Source: Octopus sinensis
Lineage: Eukaryota
Length of the DNA: 64,000 bases
Assembly (NCBI RefSeq): GCF_006345805.1
Contig: NC_043005.1
Coordinates: 59,024,001 to 59,088,000, forward strand
Reading direction: 5' to 3'
The notes under the pieces were generated by a model. It was not told where the DNA came from. It was given only the letters and a program-made list of their open reading frames with translations, and ran no database searches. Below, piece after piece: positions 52,106 through 64,000 of the stretch; the first letter of the stretch is position 1; every line of letters begins with the position of its first letter. Both the position numbers and the translations under genes were made by a program.

Positions 52106-53957
52106 TACTCTATGTTGAGTCAACTGCAGTATCCTACTAGTGTGATTAAAATTAAAGAGAACTGGCAGGATTTGAACTCAAGAACAGAGGGCTATGACAA
52201 TAAATACTGTAAAGCATTTAGCTTCACATTCACAAATTATTTCTAAGCTATTCAGAAATGTATAATTGAAATGGTTGAATGGTTAGGATATTAGACTAAC
52301 CACTACATAGTTGGACACTTCTGTTCATTTATTTTCTTTTTTGGCGCAGGGGTTAAATTCCGTGCCACCATTTATATTTTTGTCTTTGCATGAAAATGCT
52401 TAATATTATTAGCTGCACTTCATTTAGGCTTGATGTTGGGATATATGCATTTACATGTTCCCATAACCCGCATCAGAATATCATCTGTAAAGCTGTGACG
52501 ATAATGTTCTCTGCATAAGAATTATTCACCCCTCTGCTTCAGGCCATGAAACTATAGATAAATACTGGTCTTTTATAAAGACATTTTTGTTACATGTCTA
52601 TTGGGGTTAGATGGGGAGAATAATGTAAATAAATAGAAAATTCCCTCCCTTTTATGTTGATGAAACATAAAAGAAATTCCATTGCTTTGTGATTAGAAAC
52701 ATCTGTATCCCAGAACTTTGTTACTTTTTCTTCCTCGAATACGTTTTGTTGTTGGATTATAAGCATAGCCTTTTCTCTCTCACCTTAACCTTCACAGCTT
52801 CAGCTCTCAGAACAAATCATCTGGTATTCAAACACTGAATTACAAAGTATTGATTTGTATCTCTAGATATTTTCATGAAACCTGCTGAATGGATGGATAT
52901 TAGATAAACATATAATTAGGTTGCAAGGAACGATGTTGTTTGCTGGGAAATATGCAAGAGTAAACAAAAACATGTCAGAAAGATATTTATACATGAGTGT
53001 GTGTGGTGTGTGTGTGTGTGCGTGTGTGTGCATGTGTGTGTGTGTGTATAATATTCATACATTTATTAATAAACTTATAGATCTAAGTGCACATATACAT
53101 ATACCTATTTGTATGCATACATCATCATCTTTTTAACCCCCACTTCTCCATACTTGTATTGGATGGGCATACATACATATATAAGTATGTGTGTGTATGC
53201 ATTTATATATATATATATAAAATACATACACAATATATATATATTATATATATGCTATATATATATATCTATATATGTATATATATAACATATATATGTA
53301 TACATGTATATATACCAGTATGCAAGGCAGATGTTAAATGATGATGATGATGGTATGTGTGTGTGTATGTGTGTAAATATACACACATATATGTGCATAA
53401 ATATACACACATATATGTGCATACATATGCACACACTCACAAACACACACACACGCACACACACACACACACTTGTACATAACTTTACTTTTCTCAGGGC
53501 AAATGGCATTATTAATTCTGACAAAATCCATGGAAAAGAGGGGTTTGATAGTGAAATTGTCAGAGTGGAAGACAACCAACAAACGAACCAACCAACCAAC
53601 CAGCCCACCCACCAAAACCAACCAGCCAGCCCAGACGCTCAAACACACACCCACCAACCAACCAACCATTCAACAAATTAAAAATACCTCGACATTGCCT
53701 CTACCTACTCTAACAAATCTTGATGCATACTAGAAAACTTTATAGTCAATATTCACACTGTGAACATGTCTAAAGACATGGAAAAATGATAGCGTTGACT
53801 GATTTTTACCTTTTAAATACTCTTAATAAACTAAAGAATCAAATAAGTAAAATTTCTGATATAGAATACTGAATATGATAGAAAATATATCAATTCAGGC
53901 TACACACACACACACACATGCACACATACACACACACTCACACACACACACACACAC

Positions 53958-54034
<77 letters not shown>

Positions 54035-54436
54035 CACACACGCTCACACACACATGTATACACACATATGCATACACATACATGCACAAACTCATACACT
54101 CAAATATATATATAATTGTAATTTTCACTGTTAGTGTTTTTGAAATCAGCACATGTTTTCAATGGTTCTTCTTATAACTTGATGAGGTGAGTTAAGTTTA
54201 ACCCTAGGCACGATAAGAGCCACCAATGAGAATTAAGATGCTCTGCATCAAAATTTGAAATCACCACTGATATGGCCATATCTGCGCCTGTAGGGAACTT
54301 GTCTCCCTTGTCAGCTTAATAAGATAGTGCTCTTGTGACTAATGAGTCGATTTGACTCTTATTTCTAGCAATGCTGGTACCATGTTGTACTCTCTGCCAC
54401 TTTAGTGACGTCTATAAATATATACATATATATATA

Positions 54437-54479
<43 letters not shown>

Positions 54480-54530
54480 GTATACGTATACATATATGAA
54501 GAATATGTATGTGTGTGTGTGTGTGTGTGT

Positions 54531-54716
54531 GTTTCACGTTTGTCAGGCAGTTTTGGCTTCTAAACCAAAACTGTTTGATGAATGGGAATGTGGAACTCTG
54601 AGTAACAGTTTTTTTGATGCCTTTGCAGCTTTAATAATAAAGCACTTTACTCTACCACCGGTATTTGAGTACTATTTTTTCTACCTTGTGTCACATGTAT
54701 GTGCTTACTCTGGTAC
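54531..54716. mobile_element. Family H2, copy 2
   Basis: aaaactgt-ttgatga-..-ggaac-tctga-gt-a-acagtttt, opposed remnant gtttcacgtttgtcaggcagttttgg, and tail shared with 23385-23486; partial third copy at 42378-42482. Confidence 0.7.
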
Positions 54717-55296
54717 ATATACATTCATACAGACATATACGTGTGTGTGTATGTGTGAATGTAATTAGTACAATTAGGTTTTAGGCAGGGTATCAAAGCG
54801 TAGAAACAGTACCAAAACAGACACAGAAGTCTGGGGCAATCTTCTGCCTGGCCAGCTCCTATCAAATCGTCCAGTCCATGCCACCATAGAAGGCAGATGT
54901 TAAACGATGACGACGAGGATGATGATAATGATGATGATGATGATGATGATGATGACAATGATGATCATGATCATGATGATCATTATGATAATATACATAT
55001 GTATATATACATACATACATACATACATATATATATATGTATGATGTTTGTATGTATGTGGGTGTGATTTAAAACCCCATCTGGTAGTGGGATGCAGTTA
55101 TGGCAATTCCAGGGATTTGATACTTCACATAGTAGTACCTGTTAGGGTCTTGGCTATGGGTTAACTAGCATGTAAACCACTGGGAATAAAGACTCATAAT
55201 TCTCTCTAGAATATTCTTCTGGGAGAAGTTAAACTCATTTGAAAAATAAATCCTGAAGTACAGTAATTTTATAGTTGTCTTAACCTCTTTGTTGAA

Positions 55297-55625
55297 GGCA
55301 CAGGGCTCAGTTGTTAGAATGTCAGGCTCACAAACATAAAGCAGTGAGTTTGATTCCTGGATCAGGCTGTGTGTTATGTTCTTGAGCAAGATGCTTTATT
55401 TTGCATTGCTCCAGTTCACTCAGCTGTAGAAATGATTTGCAATGTCACTGGTGCCAAGTTGTATTGGCCTTTGCCTTTCCCCTGGATGACATCAGTAATG
55501 TGGAGTGGGGAGGCTGGTATGCGTGACTGCTAGTCTTCTAAAATCAACCCTGCCAGGACTTGTACCTTGGTGGTGGTGGTGGTGGTGGGGGGTAACTTTC
55601 TAGGTGCAATCCCATGGTCATTCAT
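55297..55625 (+). mobile_element. SINE family C variant (same core, different tail)
   Basis: gttcttgagcaag..ctccagttcactcagctg core. Confidence 0.65.
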
Positions 55626-55825
55626 GACCGAATGGGTTCTTTACGTTTTAAACTCTTTTGTGCTACTGAGGTATAGGTAAATGCATTGAAATATAGCACC
55701 AGTGCCATGCAAAACTTTACCCATTCAAAGCAATTTCTCATATAGGAACTTTCTGGACCCTCATAACATTTGCACCAATTTACTGAAATTCAGAAGTGGT
55801 TTTACTTGGTTATGAATTGACTTGT

Positions 55826-56068
55826 GGAGGCGCATGGCATAGTGGTTAGGGTGTTGAACTCATGATCGTAAGATTGTGGTTTCAGTTCCTGGACTGGGTG
55901 GTGCATTGTGTTCTTGAGCAATACACTTCTTTTTATGTTACTCCAGTCCACTCAGCTGGCAAAAATGAGTAATCCTGCGATGGATCGGCGTCATGTCCAG
56001 GTGGGGAATATACATGCCATGAAACAGGGAAACTGGCCCCTTATGAGTCGGTATGACTTGATCAAGTA
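55826..56068 (+). mobile_element. SINE family C
   Basis: Homology to 33428-33685. Confidence 0.8.
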
Positions 56069-56451
56069 ACTTTACCTTTATGAGTTGACTTCTACCACCA
56101 TGTTTGTATGTATGCATGTATGTATGTGATATGTATGTGTGTATGTGTTTATGTATATGTGTATGTATATGTATATGTATGTATGTGTGTGTGTGTATGT
56201 ATGTTTCTATGTATGTATGTATGCATGTATGCATGTATGTATGTGTGTATGTATGTGTATATGTATGTATGTATGTATATGTGTGTGTATGTATATATGT
56301 ACGTACATATGTATGTACATATGTATATACGTATATATGTATGTATGCACATACGTATGTAATGTATGTATGTAAGTATATATGTATGTACGTATCTACA
56401 TATGTATGTATGTATGTACATATCTACATATGTATGAGCATGTATGTGTGC

Positions 56452-56676
56452 ATGTGCAAGATTTCAAGATGTCAAAGAAATCCAAGAGAATGCAATGAGG
56501 CAGTTGCTCACTATCCCCAAAAAGAAGTTCCACGAATGCTTGCATCAAGGGAAACAACTTCGGATAAACTGTGTGGCTTCTGAAGGAAACCACTTCAAAA
56601 GAAATGAAATCCTGGATGTTTGTTGTAGCTTTCTTTTTGTAGTACTAGTCCTGATACTTTTTGACTAAAGACCTCA
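56452..56676 (+). mobile_element. mariner 3' end fragment
   Basis: RFQDVKEIQENAMRQLLTIPKKKFHEC..NCVASEGNHF; TIR-like end ..tttttgactaaagacctca|ta. Confidence 0.65.
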
Positions 56677-57010
56677 TATATGTATCTGTGTGTATGTCAG
56701 TATGATTGTGTTTATATAATACAGGAGAGATTGGATTCAAGGGATTTAGTAGAACTCACAGTAAGCTTGCCAGTTGAGAAACAGGCTAACAGATGACAAG
56801 AGAATTTTATTTACAACGTAATTTAACAGAGTGATGCAACTGAATATGCAGGATGTACTAACAGTGATGCTTCCATTCTTGAGAACAGCAACAAGTATAT
56901 CATTAAGCAAAAAACCAGATGTGAGAGGCAAATAATTTTCATATTTCTATAGATGTTACAACCGTTTGACAATTTTCTCCAATTGACATCATTCACTTTA
57001 ATGCATTCAT

Positions 57011-57051
<41 letters not shown>

Positions 57052-58621
57052 TGTGTGTGTATGTAGTTTACTTTTCCATTAAGGTAAGATATAAAAAAAA
57101 AGTATCACATCCAGTGAGAGATAAATATTATTTTATGCACACTGTATACAGTTAAGAGCTACTAATATTTTCATATATTAGAGACATGGTCTAATGTATG
57201 AAATTATTAGTAACTCATAACTATTACTAAATACACACACACACACACACACACACACACCTTATATATGTACAAACATCATATACATATATTTATGAAT
57301 ATTTATATGCACTCAAACATTATACAGTACAATCATATAGTAATACTATAATGCACAGAAGAAAGAAAATTTATTTTCAGACTGCATTCTGGATGGACTT
57401 CACATGCCTCTAGTGTACAGAAAAAACCCCCATCATTTGCCTCTAATCCTTGCCTGGTTTTCAAGGCTGTTTTTATATTTTTATTCTACACGTTATTGAA
57501 AGTGCAGAGCTAGCAGGAGATTTGCTGAGAAGGAAATGAGAATAAACTATTCTCTTTTGGGGCTCAGTACTTTTTCATGTGAAGCACAGAATGAAAACAT
57601 TCACATACACACATATATGCACACATACAAATACACGCACACACTCACAGACACTGGTATATGCAGATATGAAGGACTTCATTCAGTTTCCAAATTCACT
57701 AACAGGCCATTGGTCAACTAAAGGTAACAGAAAGGGAAAAATATGCCCTAGATACTGTATGAGGACTGAATCTGAAATCACATGGTGTGTGTGTGTGTAT
57801 ATATATATATCTTGAGAGATAGCGAGAGAGAGAAAGAAAGATAGAGACTGACATATATATATATATATGTATGTATTTATGTATATGTATATGTATCTAT
57901 CTCAGTATGTACTTATACATATATACACACATATTATATTTACATACGTATGTATATATGTATGTGAAAATATGAGATAACAGACATACACACACACACA
58001 TCCCTATATACATACACACACATGCACACTTAATATATATCATTAATAACTGCATCTAAATTTTTGGATTTTGTTTTTATTTGTTTTTTTTTTTTCTCTG
58101 CAATAATGTTTTACAAATGGCTGCCTTTCTTTTGAGAATCACCATTCAGAGCAAATAATTGACAAATGATGTATAACTAAAGATACTTACCATTAACGAA
58201 AACATAATGTGAAAGAAGAAAAAAAAATGAATAAAGATCATAGAAAGTTTAAACACATCTCTACTAAATCCAGTATTTATTTCATTTGGAAAATAAACAT
58301 ACAACATCCTGATAATTCATTGCCAACTGGCTGTGTTTCTATAATTGTAATTTCAAAAGAATTCTCTCCAATACACACATTTTTTTTTCTTTTTTATCCA
58401 TTCCTTTTAGTCTTACTTTATTTTATTCTTTTATTCTGTTGTTCATTCATTCTTGTTTGTTTTATGTGTGTATTTTATTTTCTCTCTACTGCAAAACTAA
58501 ATTTGTATCGGCAAGATTTTTCAGTATGACCAAAATGTTAATTTAAATTTTTTTTTGATCAGCGATAACTAAAATCAATAGTGATATATTTTTTAAAGAA
58601 ATCTGAATTTTTAGTGACATA

Positions 58622-59385
58622 GGCACAGGCATGGCTATGTGGTAAGTAGATTGCTTCCCAACCCAACCACATGGTTCCGGGTTCAGTCCGACTGAGTGAC
58701 ACTGTGGTCAAGTTTCTTCTTCCATAGTAGATGGAAACTGAATGAAGCCCATTGTATATATATATCTATATATGTAAAGCTGAAGTTGTCTGTGTATGGC
58801 AGGTTTGGTAGCCTTCAACTAACACTATCTACTCCGACACCCTGCAGTGCAAGTTGACCAAAATTGAGAGTACGATAGAAGAAGGCTTGCTCTTCATTCC
58901 GTAGAAGAAAAAAATTCAAATTGAACCATGTTTACACCAAAAATTATTTACATCAGAAAGGTGCTTTTTTTCTATGTAAATCCCTATTTTTTACGAATTT
59001 TTTACTGCTGTGTCGCCATTTTTTTTGTGTATTTCAACCAGAAAAATGTTCACTTAAAGAGAATAACAAGCTACATAATGCAAAATTTTTACTTTTCAAA
59101 AATTTCAATTCTAAAGGGTCAAAACAAACCCGAGCAACGTCGGGCGATACTGCTAGTATATATATAAAAGTGTGTGTGTGTTTGTGTCTGTTTGTCCCAC
59201 ACCACTGCTTGACAACCAGCGTTGGTTTGTTTATGTCCTTGTAACTCAGCAGCTCAAGAAAAGAGACCAATAGAATGAGTACCAGGCTTTAAAAAAATAT
59301 TTTTGGGTTTGATTCATTGGACTAAAAATTCTTCAAAGTAGTGCCCGAGCATGACCACAGTCTAATGACTGAAACAATTAAAAGA
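58622..59385 (+). mobile_element. SINE family A interrupted by a Helitron
   Basis: Head at 58622-58764; body resumes after 59156. Confidence 0.85.
58765..59156 (+). mobile_element. Non-autonomous Helitron, copy 3 (392 bp)
   Basis: A|TC start; hairpin cccgagcaacgtcggg; CTAG|T end. Confidence 0.9.
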
Positions 59386-59898
59386 AAAGAAAAAAATAAT
59401 AGCCATGGTAAGAGGTGCAAGAGGCAGCATCCATGACTTCAATAACCTTTCTAGGGTGCACTTTTCACAGAAGAATTTAATTAAAGAGGGAAAGGAAGAA
59501 CACTTGATGCTTTCTGGGGTCCCTGAGACAGGTGAGGTAAGGAGAGAGGAAGTTAATCACAAGTTCGTTTCCTGACCTGAAATTTTGCAGCAGAGTATAG
59601 TTTAGAAAAGGCATCCATAGGCTAGGTGGTGGTGTTAAACAAGGAGACACATTATGTCTACCTCACATGAACAAGTGTATCCATTTTATAGGCTTTCATT
59701 CAATTTACGTCAAGCCAATATCACTCCTATGCAAAATGGAGTGGCTGTGTGGTAAGTAGCTTGCTTACCAACCACATGGTTCTGGGTTTGGTTCCACTGC
59801 GTGGTACTTTGGGCAAATGTTTTTTACTATAGCCTTGGGCTAACCAAAGCCTTGTGAGTGGATTTGGTCTGTGTTTGTCCCCCAACATCGCTTTTGAA

Positions 59899-59933
<35 letters not shown>

Positions 59934-60102
59934 GTGCTTTATATCAACTTCATGTTGGGTGCACAGTTTTTTAAAAATCAAAGTGGTGTGTATAACACAA
60001 AGGCTTGAGAGATATTGCTTTTGATGTTCTATATATCATTATTATAATTTTTGTTAAACCTCTCTGTTATAACATAACTTCTGATCTGATTCTCAATTCT
60101 TC

Positions 60103-60146
<44 letters not shown>

Positions 60147-61405
60147 TCCCTTCTTGTAAGTATGCAGTCATATATGTGTGCATGTATGTATGTTTGTATA
60201 TGTGCATGCATGTGTGTTTGTGTGTGTGTGTGTGTGTGGTGTGTGTGTGTGTCTGTGTGTGTTTGTGTGTGCATGTGTGTGTATGTGTGTGTGTATATAC
60301 TAACATATTTCTCAGCACTCATTAAAGACATTAGAGCAAAATTATGAATCTCTAGTCTATCCACATCTCTCTCTGTCTCCCTCTCTCTCATCTGTTTTCC
60401 TTTGTATGATTCTGCTTGCAGACACAATAATATGATAGCAGTATTATCTGTCTGTCTGACACCTGTATGTCTGTACGTCTGTATGTCTGTATGTCTGTAA
60501 GTGTGTATGAATGTACATGGACACAGATTTCTCAACGGAATTGTTAACAACATTTAATAAACTTATTATGATAAAACTTCTGAAAATATGTAATTTCTTA
60601 TTTTCGAAAGTGTTTGCTGTAAGATTTCTGTAAATGTTTTTAATGATCATATTGAGAAATTTATGTGAATTTATAATCTAATATGCATACATTCGTACAT
60701 TCTTAGAGACAAAAGCAGCAGACAGATAATATTGTTATCATATCAAAAATACTGTATCTGCATGTATGTTTATGTGTTTATGTCATATAAAGACAAAGTG
60801 TGAGAGAAAGGAAAGAGAGAGAGAAGGAGAGAGGAGGGGGAAAGAGAGAAAGAAAGGGAAAGAGGGGAGAGGGAGAGAGAGAGAGGATAGACGGAAGAAA
60901 ATGGAAATTCACACTTTCTTCTTCCAATGTTGTAATAAGCTATTTCTTTAAAAAGATCTGTTTATCCCTACACCTCTTTTTGTCTCTCTCTCCCTCTCTA
61001 TCTAACACCGTCTTTACCTTGACTTCTTACCCAGTGCACAGTTACCCTAGGTGATTCACAGGTAATATCCTCTACAGTTTCATCTATTCAGTCATTTCAG
61101 GAACATAGTTGAATGATTATTTTCTTACAGATATTTCTATATTCCTTGAGGACTCCACGAACTAAATTCACTCTTTAGAGACAATATATCACAATAAGAT
61201 GATGTTAACGACTTATATGTATTTTGATTTATTAAATTCTTTTTTTATTTCAATAATGTTTTGCCTTCTATTACTTCATTCTTTCTTTACATATATAGCA
61301 ATATATATATATATATATTTATATTTTATAAATATATATTAATATATATTTATGTAAAATATATATTGATAATAAATATATATTAATATATATTTTATAT
61401 TAATA

Positions 61406-61568
61406 GGCATAGGAGTAGCTGTATGGTAAGTAGCTTGCTTACCAACCACATGGTTCCGGGTTCAGTCCCATTGCATGGCACCTTGGGCAAGTGTCTTCTA
61501 CTATAGCCTTGGGCTGACCAAAGCTTTGTGAGTGGATTTGGTAGATGGAAACTGGAAGAAGCCTGTTG

Positions 61569-61605
<37 letters not shown>

Positions 61606-61778
61606 TGTATGTGTGTGTCTGTGTTTACCTCCCCGTAACTTAGCGTTCAGCAAAAGAGACCGATAGAATAACTACTAAGCTTAGAAAGAATAAGTCCTGG
61701 GGTCGGTTTGCTCGACTAAAGACGGTGCTTCAGCATAGCCACAGTCAAATGACTGAAACATGTAAAAGAGTAAAAGAG
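61406..61778 (+). mobile_element. SINE family A, full length
   Basis: tRNA-like head, ccttgggcaagtgtctt core, (TA)n middle, gtaaaaga tail repeats. Confidence 0.88.
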
Positions 61779-62149
61779 ATTGCAAAATATTACCTATTCC
61801 TGGCATAAAACAATGGGTCATGCAATAGTATTTAAAGAACGAGCATTTAAACGCTGATGATGGTGATAATGATGATGATGTTTGGAAATGGGGAAAGTGG
61901 ATAACAATTTGAAATTTCAAAAAGTATTATGAAGATTGTGCTTTGATAATGTTTAATATCAATGCAAAAGTTATTAAAAATATAATATTCTTCTTTAATG
62001 GTAATAATAATGATGCCAATGGTGATCCGTTCATCGATCTGTCTTCTCCCCACTACTGTTTCTGGGAGAGTCATGGGGGTAGAGTCCTCAGGCACCTCTT
62101 CTGTAGGGTTCCATCAGAACTGGCCGGCATTAGACTTTCTGGCTGGATT

Positions 62150-62510
62150 GCCAAGCATGACCAGTTGAGAATATGGATGTTATCCAACCATCTCATTCTT
62201 CATCCACCCCAACTTGAAAATTCTTTCCTGTGATATTATTAGCCATGTCCAAAGTACTGGAGCTGTGACCTCTTAATGCAGGGAAGCTGTGGCTTGACCT
62301 GGAGAGACTTCCTGATCTCCAAGTTATGCATATAGCATTACTCCTGAGATTCTCCGAGGGAACCCAATTTCAACCATTTCTATTTGCTATCATACTTCTT
62401 TGGTCATTACCCACATTGAAAACCATAGGTCAGGATAGGTACAAAAACCAAATGGAAGAGAATGAGTTTGACTTCCCTTTAACGGTAATAATTTCCTTTT
62501 TCAATATTTT
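62150..62510 (-). mobile_element. RTE-clade LINE C-terminal fragment
   Basis: VFVPILTYG..EIRKSLQVKP..IKRSQLQYFGH..RMRWLDNI. Confidence 0.7.
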
Positions 62511-62629
62511 ATTTCACTCAGTAGTAAAGGTAACACTCATGATACTTTAAAGGGCTTCCAAAGCTTATGGGTGAGAGGGAGGGGAGAAAGGTATATCTCA
62601 ATGTTTGCAACAGAGAGGACACCAACATA

Positions 62630-62897
62630 TGCAGAATTATATTCACCAACTTATCCAAAAGAGTTGCAGGAGACTCTACAACTTATATTCACCAACTTAT
62701 CCAGAAGAATTGCAGGAGATTCTGAAGGCATCTGGAGTTTGTGGTCAAAGCCAATGGCAATTTCATTGAATAAATCTACTCTTTAGTATTTCAAGATATT
62801 TTTATGTAATTTTTGGTAAATATATCTATTAAAATGAGATGTCAGTGTTATTTTCATTTTTGAATAATTTAGACGACAATTTATTTACTGCACCCTG
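62630..62897 (+). mobile_element. maT-like transposon 3' end
   Basis: IFTNL..VVKANGNFIE*; terminal gacgacaatttatttactgcaccctg|ta matches the TIR of 23642-24507; internal ~46-bp tandem duplication. Confidence 0.75.
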
Positions 62898-62937
62898 TAT
62901 ATACATGTATGTATATATATATAACTATAACATCTTA

Positions 62938-63147
62938 AGACGGCGAGCTGGCAGAAATGTTAGCGTGCCGGGCGAAATGCTTAGCGGTATTTCGACTGTT
63001 GTTACGTTCTGAGTTCAAATTCCACCGAGGTTGACTTATAAATAAAGTACCAGTTTCACACTGGGGTCGATGTAATCGACTTAATCCCTTTGTCTGTCCT
63101 TGTTTGTTCCTTCTATGTTTAGCTCCTTGTGGGCAGTAAAGAAATAT
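62938..63147 (+). mobile_element. SINE family B
   Basis: Homology to 31813-32051. Confidence 0.85.
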
Positions 63148-63795
63148 ATATAACTATAGCATCTTCATATAATTTTTCTTGTGTGGAAAATAGTATCAGC
63201 TGGTTGCAACTCCTTGCTGAACAGTCTTTATTACAGAGATTTCATTCTCCCAAATCGATGGTCTTCATTACTTCTGGTGAGCACATTCTACCCTTGACTA
63301 TATATTGTATGGTTTGAATTCCTCCACCCTTTGATAGGTTTTGTTTTTCATCCCACTGGGTGTCCAAAAATCACCCACCTTACCGAGCAAAGTTAAGTTT
63401 GCTTTCAGAAATCTGGAATAATGACTGGATTTCTCATAACTATTGACAGTGCATTGTACATTTTAACAGGAAACAGATCGTTTTCCTCATCTTCCTCTTG
63501 TGTCTCCTATTACCCAGAACTATCCTGAAGTATTGCATTAGATTTCTCCATTGTGTTAATAGTGATTGACAGGCTGTATTTAAAGGGATTCTTATTAGAA
63601 AAGCTGTATGAAATGCTTTGCCTCACAGGTTTCAAAACTGCAGTTGATTAATTATATGGGAGAGATATGTTAGAGTGTCAGAAATGATGCATTGTGCTGT
63701 TTATTCTGACTCTTTCTGGGTTCAAATCTTGTTAAGGTCAACTTTGCTTTTTTTCATCATTTTGAGATTAATAAAAAAAATATTACCAATCACAG

Positions 63796-63841
<46 letters not shown>

Positions 63842-63884
63842 ATTTATGTATATACATATACACATTTATATATTCTTTTCTTTT

Positions 63885-64000
63885 ATTCCTTTACTTGTTT
63901 CAGTCATTTGACTGTGGCCATGCTAGAGCACCACCTTTAGTCGAACAAATCGCCCCCAGGACTTATTCTTTATATGCCTAGTATTTATTCTAACAGTCTC
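63885..64000 (-). mobile_element. SINE family A, 3' part (runs off the window)
   Basis: Reverse complement of the family A tail. Confidence 0.75.

Noticed and set aside
56705-56770. Possible 36-nt in-frame microexon (ERLDSRDLVELT|gtaagc)
   Set aside because: Weak acceptor and no other exons to link; chance occurrence is likely

Overview
AT-rich eukaryotic, almost entirely non-genic DNA. The microsatellite density and SINE/RTE repeat types look like a coleoid cephalopod (Octopus-like) genome; this is inferred from repeat character, not a database hit. No host protein-coding gene can be supported: one weak candidate exon is noted, and nearly all long ORFs in the track are translated microsatellites. 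The window is a mosaic of decayed mobile elements: CR1-like and RTE LINE fragments, three tRNA-headed SINE families (called A, B, C here), several mariner (DD34D) and maT-like (DD37D) transposon relics, three copies of a ~390-bp non-autonomous Helitron, MITEs, and two Penelope-like elements (PLEs), one of them Naiad-like. The most interesting signal is a set of type-I hammerhead-ribozyme-like motifs with palindromic stem III. In two unrelated short repeat families these motifs sit head-to-head as an inverted pair plus a unique tail, inserted in (TA)n/(CA)n microsatellites. Ribozyme folds were done by eye and are untested; most individual copies carry core mutations.
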